This document shows positions 59,562-64,000 of a stretch of 64,000 nucleotides of DNA, piece by piece. A program made the translations under genes and the position numbers. This stretch comes from Candidatus Hadarchaeales archaeon (lineage in GTDB: Archaea > Hadarchaeota > Hadarchaeia > Hadarchaeales > Hadarchaeaceae). The notes under the pieces are model-generated. The model was not told the DNA's origin, did no database searches, and saw only the letters and a program-made list of their open reading frames with translations. Numbering within the stretch: the stretch's first letter is position 1; each line of letters starts with the position of its first letter. The stretch lies in contig JAVZGN010000003.1 of the NCBI GenBank assembly GCA_038872135.1, positions 31,407 to 95,406 of the forward strand, given 5' to 3'.

Positions 59562-59656
59562 GCAAACACCTAGATATCAATAGACTTCTTGGATAAAAAA
59601 GGTTTCTACTAAGGCGAGGATGTCACATTAGAATCTTCCCCTGAACGAAGGTGTGC

Positions 59657-59956
59657 TCAAAACATCTTCAAAATCGCTTCTCTTCCACTCATCCCTTTTT
59701 TCACGCCCATTCCCATCGCCCGCGGGGTGACTGCAACAACTTTTGCCTCCAGCATTTCATCAAAGCTATGGATCCCCTTCACGGTTGCAGCGGCCTGGTT
59801 CAGCTTTGCCGCCGTTTCGATGTTCAGATATCCACACATCAGGTATCCCTTTGGAGCAACGGCGAGGAGAAGGGGTGCCCCAGGAAGTTCCACTCTCACC
59901 ACCAGTATTTTTCCGCTACCTATCTCCATTTCCTTTATCTCCGCCCGCGTCATCAT
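59657..59956 (-). CDS. YunC/DUF1805 family protein
   Basis: APLLL...KGYLMCGYLN, GMSGREA. Confidence 0.88.
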   Translation of the reverse strand: MMTRAEIKEMEIGSGKILVVRVELPGAPLLLAVAPKGYLMCGYLNIETAAKLNQAAATVKGIHSFDEMLEAKVVAVTPRAMGMGVKKGMSGREAILKMF

Positions 59957-60008
59957 TCAACAAACATCTGCACAATGATTAATAACCTACACTGGCTATG
60001 ATTTTTCG

Positions 60009-61538
60009 ATGAAGTCGATAACTCTCAAGCTCAAACCTCTGGACATGGAAACGGGAAAACCTGTAGCGGTGCTTCACGAAGATGATGCGGAAGAACTCGG
60101 CCATGTACCAGGAGACAGGATAAAGGTTTCTACGCCCACGAAAACCTTCACGCTCATCGCAAACACCACCAGGAGGCTGGTCAGAAGTGGAGAGCTTGGC
60201 ACTTTCATCGAGGCCACGCAGCTTCTCAACCTGCCGGGAGAAAGCGAGGTGAAAGTTACCATTGCCCCCCGACCTCTCTCAGCAACGGCGATAAAAAAGA
60301 AGCTTTCCGGGGGGACGCTAACAGACGAAGAGATCGGTAGCATTGTCAGAGACATAGTTTCAGAGGACCTAACCAGCACAGAATTGACGGCATTCGTCAC
60401 TGGCTGCTACATCAGGGGAATGACATTGGAAGAGACTGTTTCTATGGTCAAACACATGGTCGAAACCGGTGACAGAATAGAATTCGAGACCGGCCCTGTT
60501 CTTGATGTCCACAGCATCGGCGGCGTTCCAGGAAACAAATATGCCCTAATAACGGTCCCGATTGCAGCTGCAGCAGGCCTGATGGTTCCAAAAACAAGCA
60601 GCAGGGCGATAACCAGTGCCGCTGGAACTGCAGACGTTGTGGAGGTCCTTGCAAATGTGAAACTTGATCTAAGCGAAATAAAGAGAATAGTCATGAAAGT
60701 GGGCGGAGTTCTGGCGTGGGGGGGAGCGGTCAAACTGGCCCCCGCCGATGATATCATCATCAGAACTGAAAGAATGCTTGGCATAGACCCCCGGTGCCAG
60801 CTTCTTGCCAGCGTCATGTCGAAGAAGATAGCGGTTGGGGCGGAAAGGGTTGTGATTGACATCCCAGTCGGCGCTGGCACAAAAATTGAAAATCTCGAAG
60901 AGGCCAGAGATCTCGCCCACGACTTCATGGAGCTTGGCCACAGGCTTGGCGTTCAGGTTGAAACTGCAATTACCTATGGAGAACAACCGATTGGCCACGC
61001 CGTGGGCCCAGCTCTTGAAGCTAGGGAGGCCCTCGCAGCTCTAATGGGAAATGGGCCCGGGAGTCTCATTGAAAAGGCTACAAGCCTAGCGGGGGCCATG
61101 CTTGAGCTCGGGGGAGTGGTACCGGGAGGCCTTGGGAAGGAGAGGGCAATGGAAATCCTGACATCTGGAAAAGCCTATCAGAAGATGAAAGAAATCATCG
61201 AAGCTCAGGGGGGAAATCCAGAGATAAAACCTGAAGATATTCCAGTAGGCGATAAGAAGGAGGTTCTCCTGGCGCCAACTTCTGGCTATATCACAAGGAT
61301 CTATAACGACAGGATAAATGAGATCGCTAGGACGGCTGGTGCCCCTCACGACAAGGGGGCGGGAATAAAACTTCTCCTTAAAAAAGGCAGCAAGGTGAAT
61401 GCCGGTGACCCAATCATGGAGATCTATGCTGAACATGAGAGCCGACTTGACGAAGCACTCGCAGTTGTTAAGAAAAGATTTCCAGTGAAGATAGAAGGCA
61501 TGCTCCTAGAGAAGCTCTCTTATAGACCGAGAATTTGA
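60009..61538 (+). CDS. AMP phosphorylase
   Basis: N-terminal extra domain, HSIGGVPGNK, KTSSRAITSAAGTAD, ASVMSKK. Confidence 0.94.
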   Translation: MKSITLKLKPLDMETGKPVAVLHEDDAEELGHVPGDRIKVSTPTKTFTLIANTTRRLVRSGELGTFIEATQLLNLPGESEVKVTIAPRPLSATAIKKKLSGGTLTDEEIGSIVRDIVSEDLTSTELTAFVTGCYIRGMTLEETVSMVKHMVETGDRIEFETGPVLDVHSIGGVPGNKYALITVPIAAAAGLMVPKTSSRAITSAAGTADVVEVLANVKLDLSEIKRIVMKVGGVLAWGGAVKLAPADDIIIRTERMLGIDPRCQLLASVMSKKIAVGAERVVIDIPVGAGTKIENLEEARDLAHDFMELGHRLGVQVETAITYGEQPIGHAVGPALEAREALAALMGNGPGSLIEKATSLAGAMLELGGVVPGGLGKERAMEILTSGKAYQKMKEIIEAQGGNPEIKPEDIPVGDKKEVLLAPTSGYITRIYNDRINEIARTAGAPHDKGAGIKLLLKKGSKVNAGDPIMEIYAEHESRLDEALAVVKKRFPVKIEGMLLEKLSYRPRI

Positions 61539-61540
61539 CC

Positions 61541-62086
61541 CTAGAGGATAAACACGGCTGCAGCGAGAACTGTTGACCACTTTCCTTCCTTGACAAACGC
61601 CGTCTGCGTGATATTTGTTGTCCTCACAATTTTGCCGGAAATTTTCCATATCTGCTTCCTCTCGTCCCAGCTTTTGGTTGGGTCAAATGGCAGACCAAGG
61701 GCGCTGGCGAGCATCGATGCCGCAAGATCTTCCGCATATTCCCCGGCCTCTTCAGCCGTCTGCCCAAACGCATGGTGCTCGCTTATGTAGCCGTAGGTGG
61801 TTTTATCGGCCGGCAGCGCACAACCTATGCTCGCAGAGATCAGCCTTCTCCTCTCGTTGCTACTACATCTCGCGAAGACGCCGAAAATTATCTGCCCATC
61901 TCTGAGATATGTCAATCCTTTATTCTTCGGGATGATCTTACATCCCGGGGGGACGATGCTTGAAACTGACACCAGGTTGAACTTCGCTATTCCTGCATTC
62001 TCAAGCGCATACTCAAATGAGCGCAACATTTCTTTATCGTGCCCGACACCTTTTGTGAAAAAGATATACCTCGGAAGAAGATTCAT
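61541..62086 (-). CDS. pdaD: Pyruvoyl-dependent arginine decarboxylase
   Basis: SFEYAL..AGI..FNLVSVSSIVPP, GYISEHH. Confidence 0.92.
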   Translation of the reverse strand: MNLLPRYIFFTKGVGHDKEMLRSFEYALENAGIAKFNLVSVSSIVPPGCKIIPKNKGLTYLRDGQIIFGVFARCSSNERRRLISASIGCALPADKTTYGYISEHHAFGQTAEEAGEYAEDLAASMLASALGLPFDPTKSWDERKQIWKISGKIVRTTNITQTAFVKEGKWSTVLAAAVFIL

Positions 62087-62099
62087 CCCATCCCACTTG

Positions 62100-63743
62100 T
62101 TACTCTTCCTCGCTACCGCCTTCTTCTGACGGAGGTGTCTTTGGTGGAGAAACCTCCTTTTTGCTGGCGGCAATCACATCATCGATTCTTAGTATCATTA
62201 TCGCCGCTTCGGTCGCCGACTTTATCGCCTGCGTCGTCACCCTCAGGGGTTCTATTACACCCAGCTTTGACATGTCCTCAACTTTTCCGTTGAAGACATC
62301 CACTCCCATGTGCTTCCCCTCTGGTTTCTCATGCTTGGCCCTCAGCTCCACAAGTATATCTATGCTGTCAAGCCCAGCATTTTCGGCGAGGGTCCTGGGG
62401 ATGGATTCGAGGGCGTTGGCGAAGGCGTTGATCGCAAGAGCCTCTCTCCCACCGGCACTCTGAGCATATTCCCGAAGTTCTCTGCTGAGTTCCATCATGG
62501 TTGCCCCCCCACCATACACGATTTTCCCGTCTTCTATGGCGGCCGCCACGACGCAGAGACCATCATGAACAGCCCGCTCAACTTCATCAACAACATGCTC
62601 GCTTCCTCCCCTAACAAGTATTCCAACGGCTCGTGGATTCTTGCATTCCTTAACAAATGTCATTTTATCGTCACCAAACTTCACTTCTTCTACAAGCCCT
62701 GCCTCTCCAAGATCCTGAGGGCTAAGGTCATCGAGGTTTGTTACTATCGTCGCCCCCGTGGCTCTCGCAAGCTTTTCCATGTCCGACTTTTTCGCCCGCC
62801 TTACAGCATAAATCTTGGCCTTTGCGAGATAATGCTGCGCAAGATCGTCTATTCCCTTCTGACAAACAACAACGTTGGCTCCAACAGAAACTATCTTTTC
62901 AACCATTTTCTTCAGGATTGCCTCCTCCTCATCAATGAATGCCCTCAGCTGTTCTGGTGAAGATATTCTTATCTCAGCATCTGTCTCTGTTTTCTTTATT
63001 TCAAGGGCTGCATCCAAAAGGGCGATCTTTGCATTTCTTACTCTCTTTGGCATCTCTGGATGAACTCTCTCCTTGTCGAGAATTACCCCGTGGATGAGCT
63101 GGGTATCGGCCGTGCTTTCTCCTGGTTTTTTCTCAACGCCAATGTAGTCGATATCTACTTTGTAACCGCCATCGGCTTTATCCACTATCTGTTTCACCGC
63201 CTTCACAATCAAGTCGGCCAGAGCATCTCTAGCGCTTTCCGCCTTTTTTCCGGTTATGGATGTGGTCGCGATTTTTTTCAACGTAGCATCGTCATCAAAA
63301 GCCACAGGCACTGCCAAACGATTCAGAATCTCCAGAGCTTTTTCGGCAGCGAGACGGTAACCGCTGACAATGACTGTGGGATGAATTTCCTGATCAAGAA
63401 GCTTTTCTGCTTCGCGAAGGAGTTCGCCCGCAAGCACGACTGCGGTGGTCGTTCCATCGCCGACCAGATCATCTTGAGTTTTTGCTACTTCCACAAGCAT
63501 CTTGGCGGCCGGGTGCTCCACCTCCATCTCCTTCAGAATCGTGACCCCGTCGTTTGTGATCACGACGTCTCCAAGGGTGTCCACGAGCATCTTGTCCATT
63601 CCCCGAGGGCCGAGGGTTGTGCGGACCGACTCACTTATTACTCTTGCGGCCATTATGTTCATCCTCTGGGCATCTCTTCCGATGAGCCTTCTTGTCCCCT
63701 CTTGCAGCACCAACACTGGTCTTCCGCCTAACGCCGCAGCCAT
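62100..63743 (-). CDS. Thermosome (group II chaperonin) subunit, second paralog
   Basis: [24 protein letters not shown]. Confidence 0.97.
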   Translation of the reverse strand: MAAALGGRPVLVLQEGTRRLIGRDAQRMNIMAARVISESVRTTLGPRGMDKMLVDTLGDVVITNDGVTILKEMEVEHPAAKMLVEVAKTQDDLVGDGTTTAVVLAGELLREAEKLLDQEIHPTVIVSGYRLAAEKALEILNRLAVPVAFDDDATLKKIATTSITGKKAESARDALADLIVKAVKQIVDKADGGYKVDIDYIGVEKKPGESTADTQLIHGVILDKERVHPEMPKRVRNAKIALLDAALEIKKTETDAEIRISSPEQLRAFIDEEEAILKKMVEKIVSVGANVVVCQKGIDDLAQHYLAKAKIYAVRRAKKSDMEKLARATGATIVTNLDDLSPQDLGEAGLVEEVKFGDDKMTFVKECKNPRAVGILVRGGSEHVVDEVERAVHDGLCVVAAAIEDGKIVYGGGATMMELSRELREYAQSAGGREALAINAFANALESIPRTLAENAGLDSIDILVELRAKHEKPEGKHMGVDVFNGKVEDMSKLGVIEPLRVTTQAIKSATEAAIMILRIDDVIAASKKEVSPPKTPPSEEGGSEEE

Positions 63744-63822
63744 AGATATCAATACGCCATATATAATGAGGATTTAAACTTTACGGAAGCTGTGCTGTGT
63801 TGCATAATTCGACATCAAAACC

Positions 63823-63849
63823 TTTATAAGTAGCTACATTGTAGCTACT
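63823..63849 (+). promoter_or_regulatory. TATA box followed by a perfect inverted repeat (putative operator)
   Basis: TTTATAA (63823-63829), then AGTAGCTACA-T-TGTAGCTACT (63829-63849) abutting the ATG. Confidence 0.7.
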
Positions 63850-64000
63850 ATGATGACGAGAAAGAAAATCGCCGAACAGCCCATGAAAATTCAGATGCTT
63901 GGGTATGAAGTGGTGGAAAAAGTGGCCACGCGGAGCGGAAATTCGAGCAGAGTATATCTTCCAGTCGACTGGACTGGAAAGCGCGTGAGAGCTGTGAAAC
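63850..64000 (+). CDS. DUF2080-family (AbrB-like) small protein, partial
   Basis: Manual translation MMTRKK...GYEVVEKVATRSGNSSRVYLPVDWTGKRVRAVK. Confidence 0.75.
   Translation, partial: MMTRKKIAEQPMKIQMLGYEVVEKVATRSGNSSRVYLPVDWTGKRVRAVK

Overview
Archaeal chromosomal region, mostly core genes, that looks like an anaerobic euryarchaeal-type organism (possibly Hadarchaeota-like; taxonomy not verified). It carries translation and replication genes (IleRS, GluRS, an EF-1alpha-family GTPase, RFC-S, FEN1, RpoK, S13-S4-S11-S24e-S27ae, an unannotated eL41), two thermosome subunits and a eukaryote-like topoisomerase IB. Metabolic genes include Mo/W enzymes with moaC-moaB-moeA, the methanogen-type homocysteine trio, AMP phosphorylase and R15P isomerase, and an AT-richer glycosylation island at about 38.9-47 kb. 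There are three tRNA genes. The most striking element is tRNA-Asn(GTT) at 1800-1958 (minus strand). It has two introns: a 21-nt intron at the non-canonical position 8/9 with an exact bulge-helix-bulge, and a 62-nt intron at 37/38 with box C/D-like motifs. Its 5' leader duplicates the acceptor strand and can pair 10 bp with the 3' end including CCA. This suggests a decoy-acceptor-stem splicing mechanism. Other notable items: a stand-alone CARF-like gene coupled to thrC and divergent from a ubiquitin-like gene with a post-GG extension, a Cys-less thiolase-fold/DUF35/GNAT operon, an out-of-context EF-1alpha paired with a membrane protein, and a candidate GMGT-synthase-like radical SAM. No CRISPR array or transposase was seen. 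All family assignments come from manual motif recognition, not database searches.
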